From: Eledone cirrhosa
Lineage: Eukaryota
Length of the DNA stretch: 64,000 bases
Assembly (NCBI GenBank): GCA_964016885.1
Contig: OZ024740.1
Location: 356,314,001-356,378,000 of the forward strand
Direction of reading: 5' to 3'
Shown here: positions 27,861 through 41,948 of the stretch, in pieces
How positions within the stretch are numbered: position 1 is the stretch's first letter
Layout of the letters: every line of letters begins with the position of its first letter
The notes under the pieces: model-generated
Databases searched by the model: none
The model's input: only the letters and a program-made list of their open reading frames with translations
Told to the model about the DNA's origin: nothing
Translations under genes and position numbers: made by a program

Positions 27861-28731
27861 GTAAGTATTCATGAGTACATTCAGACATATATTCAATGTG
27901 ACGAATTGGCAGAAACATTGAAGCATCGGATGAAGGGACATGCGTTCAGAGTTGAAAACCGGTTGATATCAACTTCACCTGTCATTATTCCGGTGTCAAT
28001 AAACAACGTAGCATTATATGGCGGTGGATTGATGGTATTGATAGAACATCGAACATGTTGCTTTCCGAGATTTTTACCAGCCTTGTGCGTGCTGAATTCA
28101 AATCCCACCAGTCCTTTTGTCTTTAATCTATTACACTCTGTTGCAAATATTTTGGTGTTGTCCCCAATTTAAAGATGCTTTCATCCCTACCATCAGCCTA
28201 TGAAGTTCAGAGAAGTGTCATGGGCTGTTCCCTCCATTCTAAATAACTGATAAAAAGTATTTCCTCTAAACCTATTCGATGAACGTTTAACTGGGATTTA
28301 CTATTAGCTATTAAACTATTACAGTTGGCCTACTTTTCGTTCAGGAATAACATTAAAGAACTAATTAAACTTTTATGTATTCCGATGGAATCTACATTGT
28401 ATTAGAGTATTGTTCTCGTATTTCAAATTACCGCAGTGAACAATACAATTATGTAGCAAAGTAACATTCGTTAACATATTAGTGACGACTTATAATAGCA
28501 TGCTGTTTAAAGAGATGTAGTTTGTTAAACTACTGTGTGTAATATGATTGACTTGTTAAAATTAACAGTCACTCTTAGTTGTCTTGGTGCATTAATTTAA
28601 AGACTGGAAAGGTGCAAAGGTAAATACAAGCAATAGAAATTGATATACACGCACACACACCCACACACACGCATATATATATATATTCAATGATATTAAA
28701 TAAATGGAGACTATATTTATAAAACCATATT

Positions 28732-28796
28732 TATTTTATTATATATATTTCAAGGGCAACCAAGACAACATTGGTACGCTTTCATCAGATAAAATA
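28732..28796 (-). ncRNA. Type-I hammerhead ribozyme, family A, mirror copy
   Basis: Reverse complement of 28942-29006. Confidence 0.8.
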
Positions 28797-28941
28797 CCAA
28801 GTTTGTTTTATAAATAGAGACGTACCCATGAAAATCATACCTTATCGGTTGGAAATTCACTGGGTATTCACTACCCAGTGAATTTCCAACCGATAAGGTA
28901 TGATTTTCATGGGTACGTCTCTATTTATAAAACAAACTTGG

Positions 28942-29006
28942 TATTTTATCTGATGAAAGCGTACCAATGTTGTCTTGGTTGCCCTTGAAATATATATAAT
29001 AAAATA
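28942..29006 (+). ncRNA. Type-I hammerhead ribozyme, family A
   Basis: tattttat-CTGATGA-aagcgtaccaa(tgttgtc)ttggttgccctt-GAAA-tatat-ATA-ataaaata; 8-bp stem I. Confidence 0.82.
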
Positions 29007-29162
29007 AATATGGTTTTATAAATATAGTCTCCATTTATTTAATATCACTGAATATTTACTCCAGTAACTTGTTGAGTGCTCTAAATCAGTTATAAACATT
29101 TATGTTTGTCGGACTTCCAACAAATTAAATACAACTTCTACTTATATATATATATATGTATG

Positions 29163-29193
<31 letters not shown>

Positions 29194-29335
29194 GTATGTA
29201 TTTATATGTACATATATATATGTATGTGTGCGTGTCTGTGTCTGTGATCTACACTGGTCATAGACACACACACACATATACACACACATATATATATATA
29301 CATACACACACTCACACACACATATATATATATAT

Positions 29336-29522
29336 TTAATATAGAAAGGCTTCTACAGGACTAGAAATGTTTCATTCGGTAGAAATCCTCAGGCTTCCTG
29401 ATGATTTCTACCGAATGAAATAGTTCTAGTCCTGTAGAAGCCCTTCTATATTGAATATTTATACTCTCCTATGTATTGAGTACTTTACTTACTGTGGTTA
29501 CCCCCGATTGAACCCGGGAAAA

Positions 29523-29525
<3 letters not shown>
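29336..29525. mobile_element. Family C HHR foldback with tail, in (TA)n
   Basis: Arms ~29336-29393 and ~29397-29455; homologous to 40141-40275. Confidence 0.85.
29392..29442 (+). ncRNA. Type-I hammerhead ribozyme, family C
   Basis: ggcttc-CTGATGA-tttc(tacc)gaat-GAAA-tag(ttctagtc)ct-GTA-gaagcc. Confidence 0.78.
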
Positions 29526-29590
<65 letters not shown>

Positions 29591-29593
<3 letters not shown>

Positions 29594-29843
29594 AACGTGT
29601 AGGACCCCGACGGCTGAGCTCAAGCCGTTTCGACGGCTAATTCTGGACTAAATGAAAATTTTTATCCTAAGGATAATTTTTATCCTGAGGATAAAAATTT
29701 TCATTTAGTCCAGAATTAGCCATCGAAACGGCTTGAGCTCAGCCGTCGGGGTCCTACTCGTTCCTATTACCCACTCTACTACCCTAAGTATTGAGTACTT
29801 TGGTGCATTATGGTCCACCTGGTTCCTTACCACATTTCCTTCG
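29591..29843. mobile_element. Family B foldback with tail, in (TA)n
   Basis: Arms ~29591-29668 and ~29688-29766; tail to CCTTCGT; contains the 3' half of the HHR (GAAACGGC...GCCGTC-GGGGT). Confidence 0.88.
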
Positions 29844-30028
29844 TTATATATATATATACAACAACACCACCACCACCACCTCTTTCTCTCTCTCTTCCCT
29901 CACCTTCTCTTCTTGTCTCCTCTCCCTCTCTCCATGTTTCTCTTTCAATCTACTCATCTACTCTCTCTAAACCACTATCTCTTTCTCTATCTTTCTTTCT
30001 CTCTCTAAACCACTATCTCTTTCTCTCT

Positions 30029-30107
<79 letters not shown>

Positions 30108-30987
30108 CATCTATCTATCTATTTCTCTCTTTCTGTGTTTATGAAGGTACCCGGAAAAACACCATATCTCGGGAACCCGTGCTTGGATTTACGTGAAACT
30201 TGTTATATTCCATTTGTATTCCCATTTCAGGGTCAACTTCCTTTCAAAGTATTTGCCCATTATGCGCCTTTTTGGTTGTATTACATTAGAGACAAGCAAG
30301 CACGCAAGAAATCACATAGTTTTCGTAGTATATAGATATATATAACAAGATGTAAATTAGTTGGATAAATGGTAGAATTCTACTGAAATTAGAAATGGAT
30401 TCAGTAGTGAAGAGGTGTTTAATGCAGATAAATTAGATAAAGATATTGATTACCGCTGACAAATATGATATACTGGTTAGCTTTTCTTTTACCTTCTTGC
30501 AGTCACTCATTTACAATTAACAACCATAGTGACTAAAGTATGTTTTAGTAAAGAAAAAAAATGTAATTTTGTCTGAAAGATATCAATTTCTTTCATCTAG
30601 TTCTTTAACAACTAGCTGTTGCTATATTTTATCTTCAGCAACTCTGATTTAGAAAAACTATGATAAAAACATGGGCATCTATCTTTTAGGGAAAAAGAGG
30701 ACGGGAGGATATAAAGCTACATTATCTAACCTTTTTAAGAATGTGGCGCCTAATTTTGAAGGAGATTTGACTACTATTTCTAGGAGTTTCATTTGCCGTG
30801 TAGATCCTCTTTCTTCAGATGTTTGTGGATATCTTTGTATGAGTTGCATGAGTATAACTGATTTAACAAGAGATCGTTGTTTCAATTATTTTCGTACTGA
30901 AAGAACGGATTTGCATGTTTCCTTTTGATGTTCATCTGAGGGAACCATATGTGTGTGTGTGTGTATATATATATGTGTGTGTGTATG

Positions 30988-31043
<56 letters not shown>

Positions 31044-31113
31044 TATATATATATATACACACCATTCGATATGCTAATACAAATTCAGAAAGGAAATATA
31101 TATATATATATAT

Positions 31114-32023
31114 AGTGCAAATTTATACGGGAACAAAACAGAGAGGCAGACAAATAAAGGTTTATTAGGTTCACGCTTTTGGGAGTGGGGGTGTGGCTAA
31201 CGACGTTTCGGGCATAAGCCCTTCTTCAGGAGTAAATAGGTTAGGAAGAGAGTTCAGAGGGTGTGTGGAAATTAATTTAGAAAAAAGGGGGAAGAACAAA
31301 TAATAATAAAAATAAACGTAAAAATAAACAAGAATAAACAATAAGATAGACAAGTGGTGGAAGGGTTTGAGGCGTGTAAGGGTGGTGGCGGGTAAAGTTG
31401 GGAGAGGGAGGCGGGGGGTCGAAGCGAGGAAGGCTTAAGGTGGTGTTTGTGTATGTGTGTAGGTGTACGTGAGTGTGTGTGCGTGTGTATGTGAGAGTTT
31501 GAGGAAGAACGAGGTTCCATGTTCAGGAAAAGGTGTGTGCGTGGGGTGGGGTGTAATTCGGTGTGTGCGTGTAGAAGGAGAGGGGTCAGGGGTGGGGAGG
31601 TTGTGTATATGTGGGGGTACGCACGTGTGTGTTTGTGTTTATATGTGGTGTGGATGTGGGTGGCTTGGTGTGAAAAGAAATGTGTGAGTGTATGTACGTG
31701 GGTAAGGTCCTGAGGTAGTTCCGTCAGATGTATGGAGAGGTGCTGGATATTTTTCAAGATATGGAGTGGATGGTTGGAGAGACGACCGAAGGTGTAGAAT
31801 CCAGTGTTGGTGGTGGTAGAAAGTGGAGGGATTTGGGGTGCGCGCGCAACAGGAAGTGGTCAGAGAGTCAAGACAGGGTGTAGAGATAGCAGTAGAGTGG
31901 GATGACAGGTGGAGTGAGGTGAGGACTGTGTGTGTGTCTGTGTGTGCGAAGGTGCGATGGACAAGGGAGAGGATGGGTAGGTGTGAAGGGTGGAGAGGGA
32001 AGGTGGTGAAGTGGGGCGATAGG
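31114..32023 (-). mobile_element. Family H purine/GT-rich element in (TA)n with HHR-like motif (~31200-31232)
   Basis: Shared terminus GGGAACAAAACAGAGAGGCAG and CTGA(A/G)GA-a-gggc(ttat)gccc-GAAACGTC on the minus strand; also at 35346 and 57076. Confidence 0.7.
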
Positions 32024-32124
<101 letters not shown>

Positions 32125-35100
32125 CGAAGCATATCGAATGGACGTGGTGGCCTTGTCTTTCAATTGACCCAGGAAGACCTGGATGAGAGAACACTGAATG
32201 TCGAATAAACTAATCATAGCAAGTATTATGATCTCATCTTGACTGACAATTACATCTCCCACAGTAAACTGCGACTAAATATACTAACTGTTGATGCATG
32301 CTGCTGCTTTGGATTGTGGATTGTCGGAAACTACAAACACATGGCATTTCCTTTGATAATGATTTCTAAAAAAAAGGCACAACTCCAGAAATTTAAGGGA
32401 AGAGTTTTCTCAATTAAATTGACCATAGGTCTTGAGTGTGAAAGTATAAAACATCAAAATTGACTGCAGTGGATTCGAACTCAAATCGTAAAGAGAACTA
32501 AATTCTGTAGAACAATTTTTACTCTTTAACGATTCTTGCAATCCACCATCTTCCTTTTGTTATAGGAGTTCCAATTAGCTAGGTTGTTCATATCGTGTCA
32601 TCGACTCAGCATAATCTGTATGACTAAAACTCTTAACTCTTTCTAGTGCAGTCTTTTAAATAAACATTGCATGTTTATTTAAAAGTACAATGTATTCTAT
32701 AATCAACGGGTGTCATGATAGTTTACACTGTTTGGTTTAAGTGAGCATGTGGGCTGAGATAAGATGTTCTTTTCTCAATATCTTAAGCATTAAGAATGTA
32801 CAAAGCATTAAGAATGTAGCTAGTGTGCATCAAATGTAGCTTGCGTAGATAAGAAACTGAATGGATTTGTTGAAAATCCAACACTGTTCTATAATTTGAT
32901 ACAGATTTTTGCAAATTTTACTGAAGGCATTAAAATGATTAACTTTTTGATGTATTTGAAATAATTAACTTGAAGTATTTGGAAACTGATTTAGATGAAA
33001 AATTGAATAAATAATAAACTGATAGAGAAGAAACCATCTAAAGTTTTATCGCTTGCTCTCCTCCTCGTCCTCTTTCTCACTTTCTCATTCTCTCTCTTTT
33101 TTCTGTCACTGTCTCTCTTTCTCTTACACTCTCTGTCTTCGGATTATTATATTGAACAAGAATACGTAATACGCAGAAAATCTTAAGTATACACGCACAC
33201 TCACACACACTCATATACTCCCACACACAACATGCATACATACATATTTACGTCCACAGAGACATGCATAAATGCACATATAAATACATACACGTAAACA
33301 TATTTACATAGGTTTCTGTATGTATATGCGTGTGTGGTTAATTTAATTAAATCTGCATGACTGGAAACGAGGGAAAGGAGATCACAAACGTTCACATATT
33401 TACTTTGCTATACATACTATTCATAATATAATTCAAATAATCATTTGAAAAATAAAATAAATGTATATTCGCGAATATATGCGCTGGGTTTATATACGAT
33501 GTTGCACTGTTAAGTGATTCATTAGAGCCATATAAATAGGGATTATTGACATTTTCTATCCCATTCTTCGCCCTGTGATGTATCCGAGGCAATGAAATTT
33601 AACTCTTTCTGGCTCAATGCATCTTGCTCTAAGTAGTTACAATGTGTGGGCACATCAGTTCCTCGTGTTTTGACATAGATATTTGATCTTCTAGTGGTGT
33701 CGTGTTTAGTAATTCACCTCATATATGGGCAAATGTTCGTTTTTAATTTACTGTAAAAGTCAACTCATCCTCGAATTCCTCGTAGAACTTATGGACATTA
33801 TGTATTTGTTTCTTTTCTTTTCTTTCCATTTTATTCCTTTTCTTTCCAGGAAATAAAAAAAAAATGTTGTCATGCTGCGTCCATTATTCCTTTAATAGGC
33901 TACAAATTAATGGATAGTAAAGTCGTTTCTGGTATTTAAATATTGAAAGAATTTATTAATACTTATTTCGTGATAAATTATGAAATTTTATAGGAAATCT
34001 ATAGAAGGTCTTTTTAATGATATTATTGAACTATGTGAAAAATATGGAATTGAAGATGCCACCTTAAATCACCGGTTTCTGTATACGGTGGCAAAGAAGA
34101 AATAATCAATCAATCATTCAAAACATGTATTGAAAATATGGAAGAAATGACAGACCTGTAATTTTCATCAACGTATACAATTTTTGAACAATATAGTCAG
34201 TCGATCGTGTAATCATATTACACTACAATATGGATTTCTTTCGTACATATATTGAACTATTTATTAGAACATCAATATGTCTATTGTCATTTATGTTGAA
34301 AATCTGAATAGAATTTATCTTGCTAATTTCTTCCTACATGTCATGCAAAGTATCCATAAACATTATGCTAAGTTACAACGAAGTAATGACTATAAAGATA
34401 TTTATGTGTAATGAAGTATATAGCTATATTGAATGCTACAAACAGTTATTTGAATAACTATATCTAAAGATAAGGGATATTGGCAATAAGTTTAGCTTCC
34501 ATTTCAATTAACAATTGAATGCCATTCAGCAAAAGTAACACTTTCAGCAAGCTGATTAGGTGAGGAGGTTTGTATTATCTATCTATATAAAAACAATTTC
34601 TTCAGATCAGTAGGCCGAGAAGTAAATAAAGACCACGTAATATAAAGTAATGAAGGTACATAATCCTATCATTATTTTCCAAATCCTGTGGAACTAGTTT
34701 AAGATGTTGCTGAATGTGTTTCTGTTGTCATCATCATTATGTTATTGCCTTCACACCTAAGTTAGATATGCTATTTGGCATCAACTTATAATATTATACT
34801 GTTCGTTATGTGATAGTCGTGTGTTACGCTTTTAAAAATCATCATTATGGAACGAGGTTCGACCTGGAAATATTTAACATAATGAAACAATATTATGAAA
34901 AGCTATAAATATATGAAACAAAATAGAAATATTATTTTCATACTTACTTATCTATAAAACGTTAGTTAATGCTGTCTCTAATTTTTTATTTGAAATACAT
35001 CTATTGGCTTAGATTTCCAAGGCTTCAACAGCTCAAATATCACAAGTTTGTTTTATTGTTGTTGTAAGATGTAGTTTGTTTTATGATCATCCAATGTCAC

Positions 35101-35345
35101 CTATATCGGATGATCTCGTCTATTAAACTCCAGATATAGAGGGAAAGGAAAGTCATATTCCTTCTTAAAGGATTTCGAAATGAATGACAAGGCATGTATA
35201 AACGTTGCTTGAACCTATGTAAACCTTAATAGTTGTGTGTATCGGATTTATATTTATAAGCTATATTACTTGATAGGCATTTCCCCGCTACATGGTGGAT
35301 GTCCTTTCTGTTGCAATTAGAGCTATATATATATATATATATATA

Positions 35346-35526
35346 GTGAAAAATGGAACGGGAACAAAACAGAGAGGCAGTACGAACAAAGGTTTATTAG
35401 TTTCACGCTCTTGAGAGTGGGGAGAGTGGGGTGGTGGTGGGGAACGACGTTTCGGGCATAAACCCTTCTTCAGGCGAAAAGTGTGTGGGAAGAGAGTTCC
35501 AAGGGTGTGTAGGGGAGTGGGGGAGA

Positions 35527-35529
<3 letters not shown>
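35346..35529 (-). mobile_element. Family H, short 5'-truncated copy in (TA)n
   Basis: Same terminus and HHR-like core as 31114. Confidence 0.75.
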
Positions 35530-35597
<68 letters not shown>

Positions 35598-36140
35598 GCA
35601 CTTTTTCATGCTTCATTTCGTTTCAATAACTATATTCAGCCACACTGGGGCAACGCCTTGTAGGGATTTAAATGATGAAATCGACCCCATTACTCATTTC
35701 CGTCTTCCAGATTCTACTCCCTATGTATCGATTGAATGGAAAATCATTCGAATGCAAATCATATATTTTAATTATTTAAAGATTATAGTGCAAGTAAACA
35801 TTACACTTGAAACTAAACTACTATGAGTACAAACAAACAAACAAACACACACACACACACACACACACACATAACACACACACACACATATATATATATA
35901 TGTTTGTTTGTTTGTTTGTGTCTGCATATGCTTATATGTACAGATCCATAAATAATTAAAACATATATTATGCGTGGGAATGAATCGCTATTTGTTTTAG
36001 AAGTATCTTAGTGATGATATAACTTAGCTCAATGTTTCCTGAAACCTCTCTTTCGATAGCTCTCAGCACGTTAAATATCCATACATTAAATCAGACGCCG
36101 AGAAAAGATACGGCGTTTGGAAAAAACGATAGTTATTAAT

Positions 36141-36258
36141 TGTTTCTACTTTTGGCACAAGGCCAGCAATTACCCAGTGTATTACTGGTACTTTATTTTA
36201 TCAACCCCGTAAGGATGAAAGGCAAAGTTAACCTCGGCGGGATTTGAACTTAGATCAT
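36141..36258 (-). mobile_element. SINE, 5'-truncated, 16-bp TSD
   Basis: AACGATAGTTATTAAT at 36125-36140 and 36259-36274. Confidence 0.88.
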
Positions 36259-37149
36259 AACGATAGTTATTAATACGAAATATTTTGTTACATTAGAGTG
36301 AAGAGATCGATATTTCAACTTTATAGAATACCAAATGGTAGTCTCCACAACATAAATAACAAATTTCAAATGTGTCGAGTATGCTATGTAAATTTGTTCC
36401 CCGATTAAAAGGGACTTTGTTTATATAGTTTATATACAACACTAATGACTTTAGTACCCACGGGAATATGATAACATTTTATTTTCTCAAAACAAAAATA
36501 TAAATTCTTGCGCATAGCTTATACATTAGTAATTTTAGCAGAGTTCCTGTAACACTTTTAAGTGATGTGACAGAACTGATGTGTTGAGACTGGTTATAAA
36601 CCAGCTTAAAAACTACTACCATATTTGCAAAGGAGGTAATTTTAAATAGCTATTGATCGAGTAATTGATTGATTGATTGATTTTTCTTTCCTGTATTTGG
36701 TCAGCTCTATTTGTTACATATGTAGCTAAGAGAAGGCATAGGGACAACATACAGATCTTTTTACAGCTAAGCTAGTGAAGAAGTATCTATGCAACCAACC
36801 TGATCTCGTCGCTGTAGCAACCATATTTTCCTAATATGTATTGCTGCTGACTCCATCATTTTAACCACGTTAATTATATACTTAATATAAAGATGGTAGA
36901 ATGTTAGAAATAGTGAGGTACCAAATAGATATTGTATATAACAACGTATTTTCTGTTCCTATTTTAAATCCCACTGCATCTTTTTGACAGTCATCACTCC
37001 TGGGAAATAAAATAAGTGTTGTGTGTTGGCTCCGACAACGCGTGTTACATGTGTTTGAACAACGGATCAGCCTGCTCGTGAAATTATAGCGCAAGTATGG
37101 TGAGCATTCCACAGACATGAGTAGATTTAGTTTTCGGGGAGATTCAACA

Positions 37150-37318
37150 CGAAAAGGATGACCTTTCGAATCCTAGATACAACTCATTTTGCCAGCTTAG
37201 TGAACTGGAGCAACAAGAAACAATGTGCCTTGCCCAATGACGTATTGCACCGCTGGGAAATAAACTCATGACCTTATGATTGTGAACTAAACACCCTAGC
37301 CACTAAGACACACGCATT
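37150..37318 (-). mobile_element. Second SINE family, degenerate
   Basis: GTGAACTGGAGCAAC...AACTCATGACC...CCCTAGCCACTAAG is similar to 63880-64000. Confidence 0.6.
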
Positions 37319-37910
37319 CACACTAGAATAAGTTTTATTAGCTATATACTCACGTCTACTAATGTCTTTATATTTATCGATGTAAGAAAACATTGTACCT
37401 GTTCTAGTGTTGAGAAAATAATAATTGCCATGTTGTGTTTGTATATTTAGTGTATCGGAAAGGGCTCTGACTAATTTTGAATTTCTTGGTATATAAAACG
37501 ACAGCATAAAAATTTCATAACTATAGAAATTTCGAATGTTTCGAAATTTTCTGGATATAATGTAGCTTGTCAGAAGACGTACTGAACAGTCACGCCCCTA
37601 AACATTTTCATCATCTGTTTATATATATAAAAAAAATAATATTGTATCAGAATTCTCGATTGACCAAACGCAACACCCGTTTAATTTTGTTAGTTTTTGG
37701 TATATACAAATTGTTGTATATATAATATTCGATTTGTACAAAGTTATGTACGTATAGAAAACTATGACATCGACTCCGTCGAGAAAAGCAACACATGTCC
37801 ATTTCGATATTACACAATCTTGATACCTGTGAATATATCTGTTGTGTATATATGGTTTTGAATATGAGTATATGTGTGAAAGTATTGCTTCCAGGTACAT
37901 TAATGTGTTT

Positions 37911-37956
<46 letters not shown>

Positions 37957-37960
<4 letters not shown>

Positions 37961-38107
37961 CCTGTCAACTCGCCGTACGACGTGGAGATCTCCCACCCAC
38001 TTTAGGGCGGGTGAGAGATGTCTTCTCTCGTGAAAATTTTGCATCGTTTTTCCACATTTTGGGGCACTTGTTTTCATGGTTTAGGTTTTTAGAGGTTGGC
38101 AGGCCTG
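37957..38107. mobile_element. hAT-like MITE, second copy
   Basis: TIRs CAGACCTGTCAAC / GTTGGCAGGCCTG; shared internal ATCTCCCACCCACTT...GGCGGGTGAGAGAT. Confidence 0.7.
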
Positions 38108-38211
38108 GTACACACATATATATATATATATGTGTATATATATACACACACACACACACTCACATACACACTCACACACGCACACACACTCACACACATA
38201 CACACACACAT

Positions 38212-38288
<77 letters not shown>

Positions 38289-38293
<5 letters not shown>

Positions 38294-38650
38294 ATACTTG
38301 GGGAGGTTCATATTGTTCATATTGTTTGGTTGGTTTTCGCTTCTGTTTCTTTTATATCTCCATAGTTAATTTATTTGGCAATCAATGTTTATCATTGATT
38401 GACCAGTGGTTAAAAATACAGATATAAATATATATATATATAGTCTATCAAAGTTTTTCGTCGCACATCTGCAACATCATCAGTGGTACTACTATGTTAC
38501 CTCCTATTGTATCGTATTGTAATGTCTACGCCATTTCTGAATATATATATATATATATTGAAAAATGGCGTAGATATTACAATACGATACAATAGGAGGA
38601 AACAATAGTACACTGATGATGTTGCAGATGTGCGACCAAAGAACTTTGAT

Positions 38651-38655
<5 letters not shown>
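38289..38655. mobile_element. HHR foldback related to the 3' end of the 10783 PLE
   Basis: Terminus TGTTATACTTGGGGAGGTTCAT resembles 10783 TGTTATACTTTGGGAGGGTCAT; arms 38441-38540 and 38560-38655 each carry CTGATGA-t-gttgca(gatg)tgcgac. Confidence 0.82.
38441..38490 (-). ncRNA. Hammerhead ribozyme-like motif; mirror copy at 38606-38655 has GAAA>CAAA
   Basis: CTGATGA-t-gttgca/tgcgac stem-GAAA-aac-TT; same position relative to the terminus as the 10930 HHR; stem I imperfect. Confidence 0.6.
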
Positions 38656-39055
<400 letters not shown>

Positions 39056-39218
39056 ATTTCAGGTTATCAATAATGTAGTGATAATATATCGTTACGTTAG
39101 AGATGATCAGCGCACGTGTAGGTTTGCTCAACGAGTATAAATTATATTCCGGAGAAAAAGTAGAAAAGATGAATATAAAATGAAAGTGCTTTTTTTAAAA
39201 AAGGAATTTATTAGGTAT

Positions 39219-39332
39219 TGACATATGTTTCTGTAACAGACGGAATACCTATGTATCGCTGCTTGCGTAATCATATAATGTTAGCAAGTATTCGATAGCA
39301 AATGTATAATCAGTTGTCACTTCTTCAGAGAT
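39219..39332 (-). ncRNA. Candidate HHR with long stem II
   Basis: CTGAAGA-a-gtgaca...tgttac-a-GAAA-catat-GTC with palindromic ACATATGT stem III; stem I not convincing. Confidence 0.4.
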
Positions 39333-40140
39333 TTTGGATAAATTGGATAAAATCAGAAAAATTGAAGTATTTATATTAGTAATAGAGGCAGAAGAGAGGG
39401 GATAGTATATGACAGATGGTAATTCAATTTACTGCTAAACAAGTATATAAAGGGTTTCTAATGAGAATACCATGAGTAAATGGTTTATTTTATCTAAATA
39501 AGAATTTTTGGGAGTGCCAATTTTAATCTATACTTGACCAATTGGACAGTGGACAGGGCTGGTCATTTGGTGTAGTAGTATTAATTATAAAGTGTCAATT
39601 GGGGAAGGGGGAGATTTCGATTGCTACTGAATAACATCAATGCTAGTAGCCAGCTGGTATATGCATTAGGGAATTGAATTAAGAAATCAGAAATCTCATT
39701 TTATCTATAGCAGTTTATATTAAATGGTAAATAATAGAAGAGTTGATAGAATAAAGACTAATAGAGAATGTTAATATCTATTTTGACAATCAAACGGAGA
39801 TAGAGACAGGCGTTCAATCCTGGTAGTATTTATAATATGAAAATGTAGATTTTAAGCGATGGTTACAGTATAACGATCGCTCTATTCTGTTATTTAATAA
39901 AATGTTTTTGGATTTCATAATACAAAATAATTCCATATTACATAATTTACAAAATTCCTGTCCGTGGGATTATGGGGGGGGGGGGGGGGGGCAGACGCTA
40001 TTATATCCCATTTTATGTGAAATTGTTGGTTATTTTCACGCAGCTGCCAAGCCTTGTCTGCGAGTGTTGTTACATAACGCTGGTTTTCATGTTTTATCGA
40101 GTAACGATGTCTATAAAGGCGTGATATATATATATATATA

Positions 40141-40275
40141 AGTTATTCTGGGTTGAATCGGAGATAACCACAGTAAGGTACTCAATACATAGCAGAGTGT
40201 AAAAGTTTTAGTATAGAAGAGCTTCTACCGGACTAGAACTGTTTCATTCGTGAGAAATCATCAGGAAGCTGGCTG
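40141..40275 (-). mobile_element. Family C copy with HHR at 40220-40270
   Basis: agcttc-CTGATGA-tttc(tcac)gaat-GAAA-cagttctagtccg-GTA-gaagct; 3' end at (TA)n; the element probably continues rightward. Confidence 0.8.
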
Positions 40276-40771
40276 TTCAAGTAAGTAGTGGTATTTATAT
40301 CTTTTATTTTCTGGTGGTAGGAGAAGGTTGGGATTAGGATGTGTGGCGGTCATTGGTTGAAGTATTTAAAGAAAAGGGAGTTCATTAAAAGCTAATTGTT
40401 TAAAGCTATAATATTGACAAAGGCAGAAAGAATACTGTAAATAATTCAAATTTGGAATACCCATCCTAGTTTATCACTTAGAATAACAATACCTGTATGA
40501 CAGGTGTCTACAGAATGGGTGGGATTTAATGGTTTGAAGAAAAGGGAAATTCTTTAGAAGCTAATTCTTTAAGACTGAAATAAGGGTGAGAATGGCAGAA
40601 ACGGTTCCATCAACAGAGTCAAGTGTTGGGGCGATTCCCTTTATTGTGAAGTTTCTCTTAATATATATTCCACCTGTCGACAAGCACATTCACACACGCG
40701 CCCATTTACACACGTACACACACATACACGCACGCACACCCAGGCAGGCACACGCACACACAACAAACATA

Positions 40772-40863
40772 ATTGTTTCTACTTTTGGCACAAGGCCAGC
40801 AAATACCCAGTGCATTACTGGTACTTTATTTTATCTACCCCGTAAGGATGAAAGGCAAAGTTA
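40772..40863 (-). mobile_element. SINE 3' half
   Basis: Family match; AACAAACATA on both flanks. Confidence 0.85.
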
Positions 40864-40953
40864 ACAAACATACACAATGGTACATACACACATACATATA
40901 AACAAATATATACATACATACATATATATGCGTACATATATGTGTACAAAATA

Positions 40954-41036
<83 letters not shown>

Positions 41037-41251
41037 GTATATATATATATGTATATATACAAAAATGAGGTAAATATCTCACTGAGTAATAAGTACCCAT
41101 AGAGATATATAGGGTGTCTATAATATAATTGTTGTTCTATGGTACTAATTCGAGTTACCAGAACTATAAAAATTGATGAGCAGAACAAACAAACATTAAA
41201 CAATCCTTTAAATAAATTAAAAAATGATTTAAATATCTACCTGTTCACAAT

Positions 41252-41330
41252 GCTATTACCAGCGGTTTCTATTTACAAAAGATTGGAAATTCAGAGAATT
41301 TCCAACGGAAAGTAGATTTCATCAGATAGC
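41252..41330 (-). ncRNA. Type-I hammerhead ribozyme, inverted copy
   Basis: Reverse complement of 41870-41948 with a few substitutions. Confidence 0.8.
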
Positions 41331-41869
41331 TATTTCCTTTCTATAGGACATACGTCCCATGGTCCGCAAATATACTGCCAACTACCAGCTCGTATGAGTT
41401 ATGGCCGTTAAAGTGACCCACACGTGACCCGGCCGCTAGAGCAAGCGGGAATATTACAGACTTGTTGATGGCTTGGTTGCTAAAAAAATAGCAGTAAGCA
41501 ACAACGAATTTTTTCTCTACATAGATTGGAGAATGTATAAAAATGAGGTAAATATCTCACTGAGTAATAAGTACCCATAGAGATATATAGGGTGTCTATA
41601 ATATAATTGTTGTTCTATGGTACTAATTCGAGATGCCAGAACTATAATTTACCTCATTTTTATACATTCTCCAATCTATGTAGAGAAAAAATTCGTTATT
41701 GCTTACTGCTATTTTTTTAGCAGCCAAGCCATCAACAAGTCTGTAATATTCCCGCTTGCTCTAGCGGCCGGGTCACGTGTGGGTCACTTTAACGTCCATA
41801 ACTCATACGAGCTGGTAGTTGGCACTATATTTGCGGATCATGGGACGTATGTCCTATAGAAAGGAAATA

Positions 41870-41948
41870 GCTATCTGATGAAATCTACTTTCCGTTGGAA
41901 ATTCTCTTAATTTCCAATCTTTTGTAGATGGAAACCGCCGGTAATAGC
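41870..41948 (+). ncRNA. Type-I hammerhead ribozyme with extended stem II
   Basis: gctat-CTGATGA-a-atctac..ttggaaatt(ctctt)aatttccaa..gtagat-g-GAAA-cc(gcc)g-GTA-atagc. Confidence 0.85.

Larger units (their letters stand above)
28683..29143. mobile_element. Family A HHR foldback: 184-bp near-perfect arms, 5-nt loop, 88-nt tail, in (TA)n
   Basis: Arms 28683-28866 and 28872-29055; centre CACTGGGTA-TTCAC-TACCCAGTG. Confidence 0.9.
29225..30336 (-). mobile_element. Non-autonomous Helitron derivative split by the family C and B insertions
   Basis: Minus strand begins A|TCTATATACTACGAAAAC; 30140-30310 matches 9500-9680; 29230-29275 matches 9220-9260. Confidence 0.75.

Noticed and set aside
29591-29843. 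Classifying the foldbacks as MITEs
   Set aside because: Centres vary between copies, one arm has an unpaired tail, and single-arm copies exist
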